Shown here: positions 9,052 to 17,303 of the stretch, piece after piece
How the letters are laid out: every line of letters starts with the position of its first letter
Position numbering within the stretch: the first letter of the stretch is position 1
Source of the DNA: Candidatus Borrarchaeum weybense
Lineage (GTDB): Archaea > Asgardarchaeota > Sifarchaeia > Borrarchaeales > Borrarchaeaceae
Reading direction: 5' to 3'
Assembly (NCBI GenBank): GCA_019057385.1
Contig: JAHQJS010000001.1
Location: 111,791 to 139,324, forward strand
Length of the DNA stretch: 27,534 nucleotides
Notes under the pieces: model-generated
What the model saw: only the letters and a program-made list of their open reading frames with translations
What the model was told of the DNA's origin: nothing
Database searches by the model: none
Program-made: the position numbers and the translations under genes

Positions 9052-9593
9052 GAAAGTTCTCTATATCTTTCTCCAGCGCCCATTCCACAGCCTACAATAA
9101 ATCCTTCACCTGAATATTCCCATCCAACAATATCTGGATCAGTTGCTCCATATTTACTTCTTAGTAATACTTTATCCACGAGGACAGCTGTACGTATTTG
9201 AAGAGGACAGTACCCATATATAATCGTCTCTCCCTCCTCAAGTGTTTTACCTGTTTCTACACAATCATCAATTAAGACAACGGTTCTCCCAGAGATATCT
9301 TTCCTTGACAAATCTAATGGAGTCATCAATTTTACTTCTCCTTTCGACTTCATCTCTTCCCCATAAGACTCAAGTCCTATATGACCTATAATCACGTCCA
9401 ATTCTTCTCTGATACTCGAAAAGCCATTGATGTGATTTAATGCTTTCAATATTTCATACGTCACATAAGCCCCGCCTTTTAGTATAGCTACAAGAGCTAG
9501 AGGTGATTTAATACTGTATATTTCCATTGCCATTTTCACAATAGCTTCTCGAACACCCTCATCTTCCAGAATAGGTTTGAGCTTAACATTCAT
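9021..9593 (-). CDS. hpt: Hypoxanthine-guanine phosphoribosyltransferase-like protein
   Basis: AILKGG, ESYG...GEVKL, PRPP motif VLIDDCVETGKTL, LVDK, FIVGCGM...YREL. Confidence 0.85.
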   Translation of the reverse strand: MNVKLKPILEDEGVREAIVKMAMEIYSIKSPLALVAILKGGAYVTYEILKALNHINGFSSIREELDVIIGHIGLESYGEEMKSKGEVKLMTPLDLSRKDISGRTVVLIDDCVETGKTLEEGETIIYGYCPLQIRTAVLVDKVLLRSKYGATDPDIVGWEYSGEGFIVGCGMGAGERYRELSCICEVEEVE

Positions 9594-10224
9594 CCTCGAT
9601 ATCCCTTTCTATTCTTTCAACTCTACTTATTCCTCTTTCTTTTACAACTACAAAAGATGCGTCTGCTATTTTTGACAACTCGCCCTCCTGCGTGATTATA
9701 ATAAACTGCAAGTCTAGTGTTTCGGAAAGATATCGTATCATTTCTTTTACCGATTCAATATTTTGCAATCCATGCAAGCATCTAAAAGGTTCATCAAAAA
9801 CTAAAGTCGCTCTTGTTCTTTCATATTGAATAGCCCACAAAACTACTCGTAGTGCGAAAGAAACTACGTCCGCCTGACCCCCGCTAAGTTCGTCATCCTT
9901 CGGAGAAAATCTTTCGCCATCAATATCAATAAATAAATGAACTTCAGGTTGGTTATGAGAAATTTCACTTTCTATTACAAAAGAATGATTATCACCAAAT
10001 ACAAATCTTAAAGCCTGAGTAACTAAAGTTTCAACTACATCCTCAAATTCTTGCTGAGCTAAGATTCCTACTATATTCATAACTTCAAGAGCTTCTTCTA
10101 AATCGCCCAAATAAATCAGGCAATCTTTAATCCTATCCTCTAGCTCCTGAATATTTTCCCTGTGAATTTCTATCGAAGCTCTTTTATCACTCAGGAAGTC
10201 TTCATACTTTTTTAGATCCATCAT
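9583..10224 (-). CDS. sbcC: SbcC/Rad50 C-terminal half (ABC signature and Walker B)
   Basis: LSGGQADVVSFALR signature, LVFDEPF Walker B/D-loop, FIIITQ; no Walker A. Confidence 0.85.
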   Translation of the reverse strand: MMDLKKYEDFLSDKRASIEIHRENIQELEDRIKDCLIYLGDLEEALEVMNIVGILAQQEFEDVVETLVTQALRFVFGDNHSFVIESEISHNQPEVHLFIDIDGERFSPKDDELSGGQADVVSFALRVVLWAIQYERTRATLVFDEPFRCLHGLQNIESVKEMIRYLSETLDLQFIIITQEGELSKIADASFVVVKERGISRVERIERDIEDEC

Positions 10225-10387
10225 TCAACTCATTAAAATGCTTAGCAAACTTTTCGGCCAGTGATTCTGGATTCCCCATGTTAGATCTATCCTTATGCTC
10301 CTTGGAACGATAATGATCTTTCAAATCTTTCCAAGAGGCGAACTCTCTTTCACACGTATGGCAATAAAATAGCTTACCGCTCATCAT
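10202..10387 (-). CDS. Small C2H2 (JAZ/matrin-type) zinc finger protein
   Basis: FYCHTCEREFASWKDLKDHYRSKEH. Confidence 0.7.
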   Translation of the reverse strand: MMSGKLFYCHTCEREFASWKDLKDHYRSKEHKDRSNMGNPESLAEKFAKHFNELNDGSKKV

Positions 10388-10653
10388 TCCTCCGGAGACA
10401 AAAGATCAATTCTCGTTCCTACTTCTAATCCTTCAGGAGGAAAAAGCAATGGACGGCCTCCGCTGTAAGCTACCTCATTTTCTCCAGAGCCATCAAAGGT
10501 TACCCAAAACTTTTTCTGGCTAAACCTATCTTTAGTTAGAACGGCGTAACTAATTAGTCTCCTACTTTTCTTTGGGGGTTGCTTGGTCGATGATGTCGCC
10601 CATTTCACGATCCAGTTTTTTAAGAAGTTCTTCATCTTGAACAAGATCTCCAC
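10384..10653 (-). CDS. Hypothetical protein (true start probably downstream of 10653)
   Basis: Packed ORF; stop overlaps the zinc finger start. Confidence 0.5.
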   Translation of the reverse strand: MEILFKMKNFLKNWIVKWATSSTKQPPKKSRRLISYAVLTKDRFSQKKFWVTFDGSGENEVAYSGGRPLLFPPEGLEVGTRIDLLSPEE

Positions 10654-10819
10654 ACAACTTTTCTATTTCTTTATCTGCAGCGCTAAGTGACTCTACTCCA
10701 AAATCATCCTTGAGTTGCTTCATTATTTGTTCTCGCCGGCCATCCTTCTTAGCTTTTTCTCTCTGAAGCTGCTCGATCTTCTTACTCTTATCCTTAACAT
10801 TATCTATGACATCAGCCAT
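10562..10819 (-). CDS. Small coiled-coil protein
   Basis: Heptad-rich charged helix directly downstream of sbcD. Confidence 0.7.
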   Translation of the reverse strand: MADVIDNVKDKSKKIEQLQREKAKKDGRREQIMKQLKDDFGVESLSAADKEIEKLCGDLVQDEELLKKLDREMGDIIDQATPKEK

Positions 10820-11753
10820 TTTTCTTCCTTACTTTCTCAAGCTTTTCATCGATTATATCTTTAACTCTCTGGTTCGATTTCCTCTCTTCCAAAACTTTTA
10901 CCAGGATATGTTTCCATCCAGATAATCTGTCTCCACTTTCTTTTATTCTCTCAACCAATTCCACAAGAGCGGAGTTATCTTTCTTCTCAACCTTCTTAGT
11001 TAGATCAAATACTTCCTCAATAGGTTTCGCATTAAGTTCGATAATTTTTACTTCATCAGTATTCGTATCAAATACAACAACCGCTGGCTTATGCTCTAAA
11101 TCAAATTTTCCCGTTGTCTTTCTAACTATTGCTCCAGGATTTATAATCGTTCTACCGTTCCAAGTTTCAGTAAATCGATAATGATAATCCCCACAACATA
11201 TCAGATTATATCCGGGATTCTTCCTAAGAAATTGTCTTGGGCCAGGAAGCTCTTGACTTGGCCATAACGGCCTATCTCCAATCATTCTATGAGTTACAAG
11301 AATATTATAACTTTCTTCACTTGGTTCGGGTATGTCCTCACCAAAGGAAGCTCCGTAAAAAGCATGTGTTGAATCACCACCCTCTCCAGCATAAACCGGT
11401 TTATCATTAAGTATTTTAACAACTCTTGCTGCTTGAAGGAGAGATAGTGGACTATTAGGCAAAGTGAACTTGCTATGCCCTGATATATCATGCTGCCCGA
11501 AAACGCAGAATATTCTCTGTTCTCCACTCTTTCCATAACAGTATAGAAGTTCGATAATTGCTACCACGATTTTGTTAGCTACTGTTGGAGCGTCAAAAAA
11601 ATCGCCCACTTGTATGATACAGTCACATTTATGTTTATCAAATATACTTAAAGCTTGACTTAACTTTCCGTACAAAGTTTCCCAGTAGTTATCCAGCCTC
11701 TTCTCTGGACCTCTATTCGTAAGTTGTAAATCTCCAAGTATACCTAATTTCAT
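10812..11753 (-). CDS. sbcD: SbcD/Mre11-like metallophosphoesterase nuclease
   Basis: GDLQ, GDFFD, GQHD, VTH, GDYH and NPG motifs. Confidence 0.85.
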   Translation of the reverse strand: MKLGILGDLQLTNRGPEKRLDNYWETLYGKLSQALSIFDKHKCDCIIQVGDFFDAPTVANKIVVAIIELLYCYGKSGEQRIFCVFGQHDISGHSKFTLPNSPLSLLQAARVVKILNDKPVYAGEGGDSTHAFYGASFGEDIPEPSEESYNILVTHRMIGDRPLWPSQELPGPRQFLRKNPGYNLICCGDYHYRFTETWNGRTIINPGAIVRKTTGKFDLEHKPAVVVFDTNTDEVKIIELNAKPIEEVFDLTKKVEKKDNSALVELVERIKESGDRLSGWKHILVKVLEERKSNQRVKDIIDEKLEKVRKKNG

Positions 11754-12358
11754 TTCTTCTTTCCAGATATTTCGGGATACAATATTTCAGGAACAAAATA
11801 GTAGTCATGATGCAAAGAATCTATTAGCAGTATATCAAACAATTCGATAATGAGAGTGTAAATCTTCTTATCCATCAAGTCGGTACTGCTATCCCTCTTC
11901 TTCTTTGCAGCCTCTAGATCCACAAATAATTGTTTTGACTTATTGGAAGTATTTGGCCAGTAAAACAGGTTGTCCGCTTCAAACAAAAAAAGTACCTCAG
12001 GAAGAGTTAAACTTGCTCTTTTCGCAAAGCTGTACATCGCGACGAGGTCTTCAGGCGTTAGATATTCTTTTGGATTGCTCCATACCTTAGATTGAAGAGG
12101 ATGCTCCCTACCGATGTGGGTAAGTTTATGTGCAGGAATTGGAAATCGCGCTGGGCATCCTTCCACCTGAAATACCTCTACTAAATAAGTTGTTTGCCCT
12201 ACAGAAATTTGGACGGTGCGAATATTCACAATGCGATAATCACCTTCCGCTAGCAAATTGAAAGAAGAGGAGTCGGGAGGATGATAATCCCTATCAGGAA
12301 CAATGTGATACCATTCTCCTAGCTTAATAATCATACCCGTAATCATAGCCTCCATCAC
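11750..12358 (-). CDS. Hypothetical protein
   Basis: 202-aa ORF; stop overlaps the sbcD start. Confidence 0.6.
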   Translation of the reverse strand: MMEAMITGMIIKLGEWYHIVPDRDYHPPDSSSFNLLAEGDYRIVNIRTVQISVGQTTYLVEVFQVEGCPARFPIPAHKLTHIGREHPLQSKVWSNPKEYLTPEDLVAMYSFAKRASLTLPEVLFLFEADNLFYWPNTSNKSKQLFVDLEAAKKKRDSSTDLMDKKIYTLIIELFDILLIDSLHHDYYFVPEILYPEISGKKK

Positions 12359-12599
12359 TCTTGTACAAACCTAAACTCATGGACAAGCTCTCGATAAGAC
12401 CTTTGCACCTGCTATCACCTTCGATAACTACTTCTCCATCAGTAACGCTCATCTGCATAGGTCGGTCAAGAACGAGCTCATATTGTTTTAGAACATTTCC
12501 TTCTGGATCCCGAACAATAACTTTTCCCATATGAGGAAGCGATGGACCACATCCACTTAAGAAAATAACACAAATAAGAATTAAAATTATAGTTTTCAT
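12324..12599 (-). CDS. Putative lipoprotein
   Basis: MKTIILILICVIFLSG-C signal peptide with lipobox. Confidence 0.7.
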   Translation of the reverse strand: MKTIILILICVIFLSGCGPSLPHMGKVIVRDPEGNVLKQYELVLDRPMQMSVTDGEVVIEGDSRCKGLIESLSMSLGLYKSDGGYDYGYDY

Positions 12600-12603
12600 T
12601 TGA

Positions 12604-12786
12604 CTAAGGGACAATAAAAATGACTATGTTAGCAATTGAATATAACAAACCTAAAGCAAATGGCTTAAAGCTTGAACAAGAAAAATTGAATCCTGCTGAA
12701 TGCCAATCGATAGCATTAACAACGGTTAATCCGATCATTGATGCGAGCATCACCATCTGGAAGATAAACTTGAATTTGGTTAACAT
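12604..12786 (-). CDS. Small 2-TM membrane protein
   Basis: Two hydrophobic segments; AGGAG RBS. Confidence 0.65.
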   Translation of the reverse strand: MLTKFKFIFQMVMLASMIGLTVVNAIDWHSAGFNFSCSSFKPFALGLLYSIANIVIFIVP

Positions 12787-12795
12787 AATAGTCTC

Positions 12796-12969
12796 CTATT
12801 TCAAATCCCACTGTAAGTTAATATTGAATCCTCTATACGCCGCGTCTTCTTCTCTATATCTTGACTGGGCAAAACCAATGCCTAATCTATCTGGAGTCAA
12901 AAGGTCTGCGGTGCATCCCGACGTGAATAAAATGACGGCGAGGCATAAAAGCAGAATGAAAGTTTTCAT
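12796..12969 (-). CDS. Small putative lipoprotein, 57 aa (MKTFILLLCLAVILFTSGCTADLLTPDRLGIGFAQSRYREEDAAYRGFNINLQWDLK)
   Basis: Manually translated; AGGAG RBS, ATGA overlap with the sbcC-N stop, lipobox TSG-C. Confidence 0.75.
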   Translation of the reverse strand: MKTFILLLCLAVILFTSGCTADLLTPDRLGIGFAQSRYREEDAAYRGFNINLQWDLK

Positions 12970-14078
12970 ACTCCTTCTCCTAATAATGTTTTCTTTGTAT
13001 TTTCAGTTAGTTTTGATCCACAATGAGGACATGAAGTTAATTGACTTTCAAGCTTCTTCTTCTCCTCCATTTCTTCTGATATCAACTTTCCAAGGTTTTC
13101 AATTCCATCATTAATATCTCGAATATCTTCAGACAGCTCCATGAGTGTTTCTACCTTTTTAGTTGTATCATTATACCTTTCAATCACCTCTTTACTTTTA
13201 GGAAGGATGCTAAGGTCATCTGGAAGATGTATTTTAGTTGCCTCTGCAACCTTTAACTCACTCACCAGATTTCTAAGTCTTTCCAGCTTTTCAGAAGTTT
13301 TAGTAATAGATTCAACATGTTGATTTGCCTGCTCAAGTGTTCCATCTATATTTTCTGGGATGACTATTTGATGGGCATCTAAATCTCTTATGGCATCAAC
13401 AATGTTCTTGAGTTTAGATAAAGTGCTTCTCGTTTCATCAATTCTTCGAATAACTTCTTTAGCCTTAGTTATCCTCTTTTCCAACCCATCAAGATCTATC
13501 TTAATCAAAGTTTTTAACTTAGTTCGGTTTGTTTCCAATTCTCCTTGGTCACGAACAACATCAGCCTTCTCCGAACGAATATCACTAGATAATAGTTGCC
13601 TTACCTCATCTATCTCATCCAATTTTGTTATAGCTCGGATGTAGGTAGCAATTTGTCCTGGAGGCGCATATACAAGAAAATAAGGATCTCTTTGCTTCTG
13701 GATATTTATATCGGACAAATTGAGGATTTTAGTTACTTCATCTGGAGGCGTAGTTCCAGCTGCGATGGTAGCGAACTTTTTTCCATCCTTAGTCAAAACA
13801 TAATTGTTTACATCTTCGCCAGATATCTTTCCACGATTGCGAGATATTCCATACTCTCCATCACTTTCGGTTACACTAAGAGATACTTTACATCCTTTTT
13901 GTCCTCTTCTAATATAGCCGGTTCCAAGAGGTCGATTATCCTTAACCAACTTTAAAGCTTGCAGAATGTTCGTTTTCCCCTGACCTGAGTCTCCAGTTAT
14001 AACATTTATCCTTTTTGAAAACTCAAGTTTAGTGTTCTCGTGGGACTTGCAATCTTCTATGATAAGATCTTTAAACAT
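12966..14078 (-). CDS. sbcC: SbcC/Rad50 N-terminal half (Walker A, Q-loop, coiled coil, zinc hook)
   Basis: ITGDSGQGKTNIL, NIQKQRDPYFL, long coiled coil, CPHCG near the C-terminus. Confidence 0.87.
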   Translation of the reverse strand: MFKDLIIEDCKSHENTKLEFSKRINVITGDSGQGKTNILQALKLVKDNRPLGTGYIRRGQKGCKVSLSVTESDGEYGISRNRGKISGEDVNNYVLTKDGKKFATIAAGTTPPDEVTKILNLSDINIQKQRDPYFLVYAPPGQIATYIRAITKLDEIDEVRQLLSSDIRSEKADVVRDQGELETNRTKLKTLIKIDLDGLEKRITKAKEVIRRIDETRSTLSKLKNIVDAIRDLDAHQIVIPENIDGTLEQANQHVESITKTSEKLERLRNLVSELKVAEATKIHLPDDLSILPKSKEVIERYNDTTKKVETLMELSEDIRDINDGIENLGKLISEEMEEKKKLESQLTSCPHCGSKLTENTKKTLLGEGV

Positions 14079-14287
14079 TACTTAATTCCATTTTGATTAT
14101 GGACTTGATTAAATCCCTTTAAGATGTATCGCATAGTAGCGATATCAGACTGGGCTTTCTTTATCTTCTTGATTCCTTGAAGTCCCCATGACACTTGCTT
14201 TGCACTTTCATACAACTTGAGTAATTCATCTCCGGATAGTGCTTCAAGTTCCTTTACCGAATAAACCTTTTCAACATCATATATCAT
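14078..14287 (-). CDS. Hypothetical protein
   Basis: GAGG RBS; TAATG overlap with sbcC-N. Confidence 0.6.
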   Translation of the reverse strand: MIYDVEKVYSVKELEALSGDELLKLYESAKQVSWGLQGIKKIKKAQSDIATMRYILKGFNQVHNQNGIK

Positions 14288-14363
14288 AGTTTTCCTCTTT
14301 AGTTACTTGTTTTCCAAACCTGTCCACTTTTAAGTTATCCCAATTATGCAAAAATGTTTTCAT
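14277..14363 (-). CDS. Possible 28-aa peptide (MKTFLHNWDNLKVDRFGKQVTKEENYDI)
   Basis: Manually translated; GGAG upstream; overlaps the next gene start. Confidence 0.35.
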   Translation of the reverse strand: MKTFLHNWDNLKVDRFGKQVTKEENYDI

Positions 14364-14437
14364 TGTAGACAATCTCCAACTGCCGAGTCCTCCCAAACTT
14401 TTCCAAGTAAAATAAGTTGAAACTCTAGGAAGAGAGG

Positions 14438-14620
14438 TTAGGATGAAGTGGATGGTGATGATAACTGCACTGGGAGGAGATTTAATATCCTAATCAAAAG
14501 GCATAACCTGCACTTTGGTACAGGACAATTTTTGATAACAAAAGCGTTATCTGGTCTTTCCTCCATATGATCCACCGTTTGGCACTTCAAAATCTTTTCC
14601 TTTTCTTCTTGCGTAAACAT
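14438..14620 (-). CDS. Cys-containing hypothetical protein, possibly truncated
   Basis: ATG 1 nt after the RuvC-like stop; CPVPKCRLC. Confidence 0.45.
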   Translation of the reverse strand: MFTQEEKEKILKCQTVDHMEERPDNAFVIKNCPVPKCRLCLLIRILNLLPVQLSSPSTSS

Positions 14621-14621
14621 G

Positions 14622-15341
14622 TTAAGATGCGTCCTTACAAATAAATGGTCTATCCAAAATGTTGACTGGATACGCTTTAGTAGTTCGAAGGAATATTCTT
14701 CTATGACCTTCGGATAACTTATTTAACATAACTTCTCCACTTCTAAGTTTTAACTCTTTATACAACATTAGAGCTAAAAAGAAGGCATCAGCAAGGTCAG
14801 TAGCTGGACCATCATACTCTTCAATTTTCTCAGACATTCCTTTTTTCTTTATCATCTTCTTCTTTATCAATCCCTCAGGAAAGAAATCTGGAGCAACTTT
14901 AACAATATCCTTTTTCATGCATTTTCCATTATTCAAAGCAAAAAGCTTAACCGTCAAAGGATCATGAATTCGAATATTGCCTCCTCCAGTAAATATCAAA
15001 CGCTTTAGATATCCAGTTAGTTCAGCAATCTGACAAATTGAAGTAGTTTGAGATGAATAAGAATATCCTTCAATAGAAAAATATTCTGGTTGTGGTGGAA
15101 AAGTACATATCCTATTTTCAAATCCCACTAATGCTTCGGCATATTCAGACATCCTTCTTAAGCGAAATACATCTTTAGATTCATCTTTCTTTATCTTACT
15201 TAAAAGATGTGAATGCTCTGAATCAACTTCGGCTATCTTCTTTGTAGTTGTAAGGTAAAGATAGTCTATTACCATTCCATCATCATTGAGCACAACAACT
15301 CCTCCATGGTCGAGTGATATATCTAATCCAAAAATTTTCAT
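14622..15341 (-). CDS. RuvC-like Holliday junction resolvase
   Basis: IFGLDISL, FSIEGYSY, TVKLFA...K, DLADAFFLA. Confidence 0.8.
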   Translation of the reverse strand: MKIFGLDISLDHGGVVVLNDDGMVIDYLYLTTTKKIAEVDSEHSHLLSKIKKDESKDVFRLRRMSEYAEALVGFENRICTFPPQPEYFSIEGYSYSSQTTSICQIAELTGYLKRLIFTGGGNIRIHDPLTVKLFALNNGKCMKKDIVKVAPDFFPEGLIKKKMIKKKGMSEKIEEYDGPATDLADAFFLALMLYKELKLRSGEVMLNKLSEGHRRIFLRTTKAYPVNILDRPFICKDAS

Positions 15342-15343
15342 TC

Positions 15344-15628
15344 CTACATTCTTTCTGGTTGAATTGCCTTAACAAAAGTTACTTCAAGCTCCACTATTCC
15401 ACATTCATCAACACAACTTCGTTGTTCTTTGATTGCGTCAAGTGAGTAGTAAATTCTATTACCAGCGGAATTGTAAGGAACTTCATATTTCCAATCTACC
15501 AAACACATATAAGCTGTTATAGTATCTTTCTCGGATTGGATAGCCTTGTACCATCTATAGAACAACCATACTATCGGGCTTAATACAATCACAAATGCAA
15601 TGGCCAACCATATCCACATTGTTCCCAT
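15344..15628 (-). CDS. Hypothetical protein with an N-terminal TM helix
   Basis: Hydrophobic N-terminus; CVDECGIVE. Confidence 0.6.
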   Translation of the reverse strand: MGTMWIWLAIAFVIVLSPIVWLFYRWYKAIQSEKDTITAYMCLVDWKYEVPYNSAGNRIYYSLDAIKEQRSCVDECGIVELEVTFVKAIQPERM

Positions 15629-15649
15629 ATTTATCTTTCCTATTATTCC

Positions 15650-15705
15650 GCCCCTACTCCGGCCATTGGGGCTCTAATATTTGCCGTTATGTACCGGACG
15701 CAAAT
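15650..15705 (-). ncRNA. Candidate structured intergenic RNA (two hairpins with complementary loops)
   Basis: GC-rich stems AUUUGCGU/ACG(G)CAAAU and GCCCC/GGGGC; loops contain CCGGU and GCCGG. Confidence 0.4.
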
Positions 15706-15731
15706 TCAACAGAACATCTGACTACCAATCC

Positions 15732-16772
15732 TCAAACATATGTCCGTTTCTTTCTCTTTTCGGTTTGATAAACCTCCTGCCATTTCTCCCAAACTGCTTG
15801 CCTCAAATCCTCCTCAAGGTTTTCATCCTCAACTTTTTGAACCCAGTAACCAAATGCGTGCTCTTCTCCGAAAATTTCAATCTTCGTTGTTTTCTTCTTA
15901 GCTTCTTTAGGACCGTTTTGCGCTTCACTCAAGAAGTAAATGTTGGATCCGATGTCATCAAGAGCATGATCAAACAAAACTTTAAATCTTCCTTCTCTAA
16001 ATGGCGGGCCTACTTTATTTTTCTTGACTATAAACTTAGTCCAAATTCCAATAACTTTGTCAGCTTTGTTAACAACCTTACCATCACTCTTAAGATGAAC
16101 TCGAACCGAAGGATAGAAAAGCGGCGATTTTCCACCAGATACTGTTTCGCCGCCCCAAGGTGAATTCATGTCAGTTCTTGTTTGATCCATAAAAACTAAG
16201 GTGGTGTTACTTTCTGAAAGAGCTTTTATATATTTTCTAAATCCCAGAGAAAGTTGCTTAGCTCGAGGAGCTCTGGCCTGGCTATCCGACATTTTCTTCT
16301 CAAGTTCAACTTGAGCCGGAAGTGCGGCAACAGTATCAGCTACCATTACCTTTGGTTTCGTATCATACGTTCCTTTCTTTTGATCCTTGTAAATAGCGCC
16401 TGCAATCCAGTCATCAAACATTTCTTCCAAAGTGTTGGGATAAGATAGAATACTTTTATTCGGTTCATACCCAAACAATTTGGCGAACCTCTCATCAAGA
16501 GTGTGCTCCACATCAGCATAGTGAGCAATTCTTCCAGATCGTATTGCATATCCGAGTATAAGAGCTGCGAGCACTGATTTGCATGTACTATTCCCACCAA
16601 AGAACGTGATTATCCTACCTATCGGTATGCCTCCTGGAAATAAATTCGCGATAGCCAAATCAAGAACAGTGCATCCAGTTTGGCACCATTCAGTAACTTC
16701 AGCAAGGCTTATCAACTCGCTAGCTTTTTCAGAAGTTTTTTCTACTTCACTTTTAGCTTTTTTTCCAGCCAT
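15732..16772 (-). CDS. recA: RecA/UvsX recombinase
   Basis: TGCTVLDLAI, GGIPIGRI, DVEHTLD, VADTVAAL, GGKSPLFYPSVR, KNKVGPPFR. Confidence 0.93.
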   Translation of the reverse strand: MAGKKAKSEVEKTSEKASELISLAEVTEWCQTGCTVLDLAIANLFPGGIPIGRIITFFGGNSTCKSVLAALILGYAIRSGRIAHYADVEHTLDERFAKLFGYEPNKSILSYPNTLEEMFDDWIAGAIYKDQKKGTYDTKPKVMVADTVAALPAQVELEKKMSDSQARAPRAKQLSLGFRKYIKALSESNTTLVFMDQTRTDMNSPWGGETVSGGKSPLFYPSVRVHLKSDGKVVNKADKVIGIWTKFIVKKNKVGPPFREGRFKVLFDHALDDIGSNIYFLSEAQNGPKEAKKKTTKIEIFGEEHAFGYWVQKVEDENLEEDLRQAVWEKWQEVYQTEKRKKRTYV

Positions 16773-16775
16773 ATT

Positions 16776-17303
16776 TTATATCTCCGATAATTCTTCCTCA
16801 TGGTCAACTTCATCTTGAGCTTTCTTATCCCGCATAGCCACTATTGCTTCTTCATTCTCTTGCCAATCCTCATTACTAATCGGCCTATCAGAATAGTAGG
16901 ATCGCACAAACAACCTAACAAGATTGCTAATAGATGACGACCTTTTTTCTACAGAGGATAAAAGCGTGGATGCTTCATTCGCCAGCTTATCAGCATCAAT
17001 ATAGTTTCGGACGGCCTCTTGATACTCTTCATTTGTAGTAATTACCGAGTTGATTGCTCCTTCGGTAGGCTTCTCTTTTAGTCCGTAACTCTTAGGATCT
17101 TTCCTAATCTTAAGAGATAAATCAGCTTTAACAAATTCTATGCGTTCCTTCGCAGTTTTGGAGCGTGCTTTGACATCAGCTACCCATATGCCAACTTCAT
17201 CATACAACACAGGCTGCTGGCAGTTCTCCACCTCCAAGCTGAACTGGTCTATTGGAAGTTTCTCCCTAAAATTCTCCAGCTCTTCTCTATCTTCATTAGT
17301 CAT
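16776..17303 (-). CDS. UvsY-like recombination mediator
   Basis: LPIDQFSLEVE..QQPVLY N-terminus, helical; located between SSB and RecA. Confidence 0.6.
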   Translation of the reverse strand: MTNEDREELENFREKLPIDQFSLEVENCQQPVLYDEVGIWVADVKARSKTAKERIEFVKADLSLKIRKDPKSYGLKEKPTEGAINSVITTNEEYQEAVRNYIDADKLANEASTLLSSVEKRSSSISNLVRLFVRSYYSDRPISNEDWQENEEAIVAMRDKKAQDEVDHEEELSEI

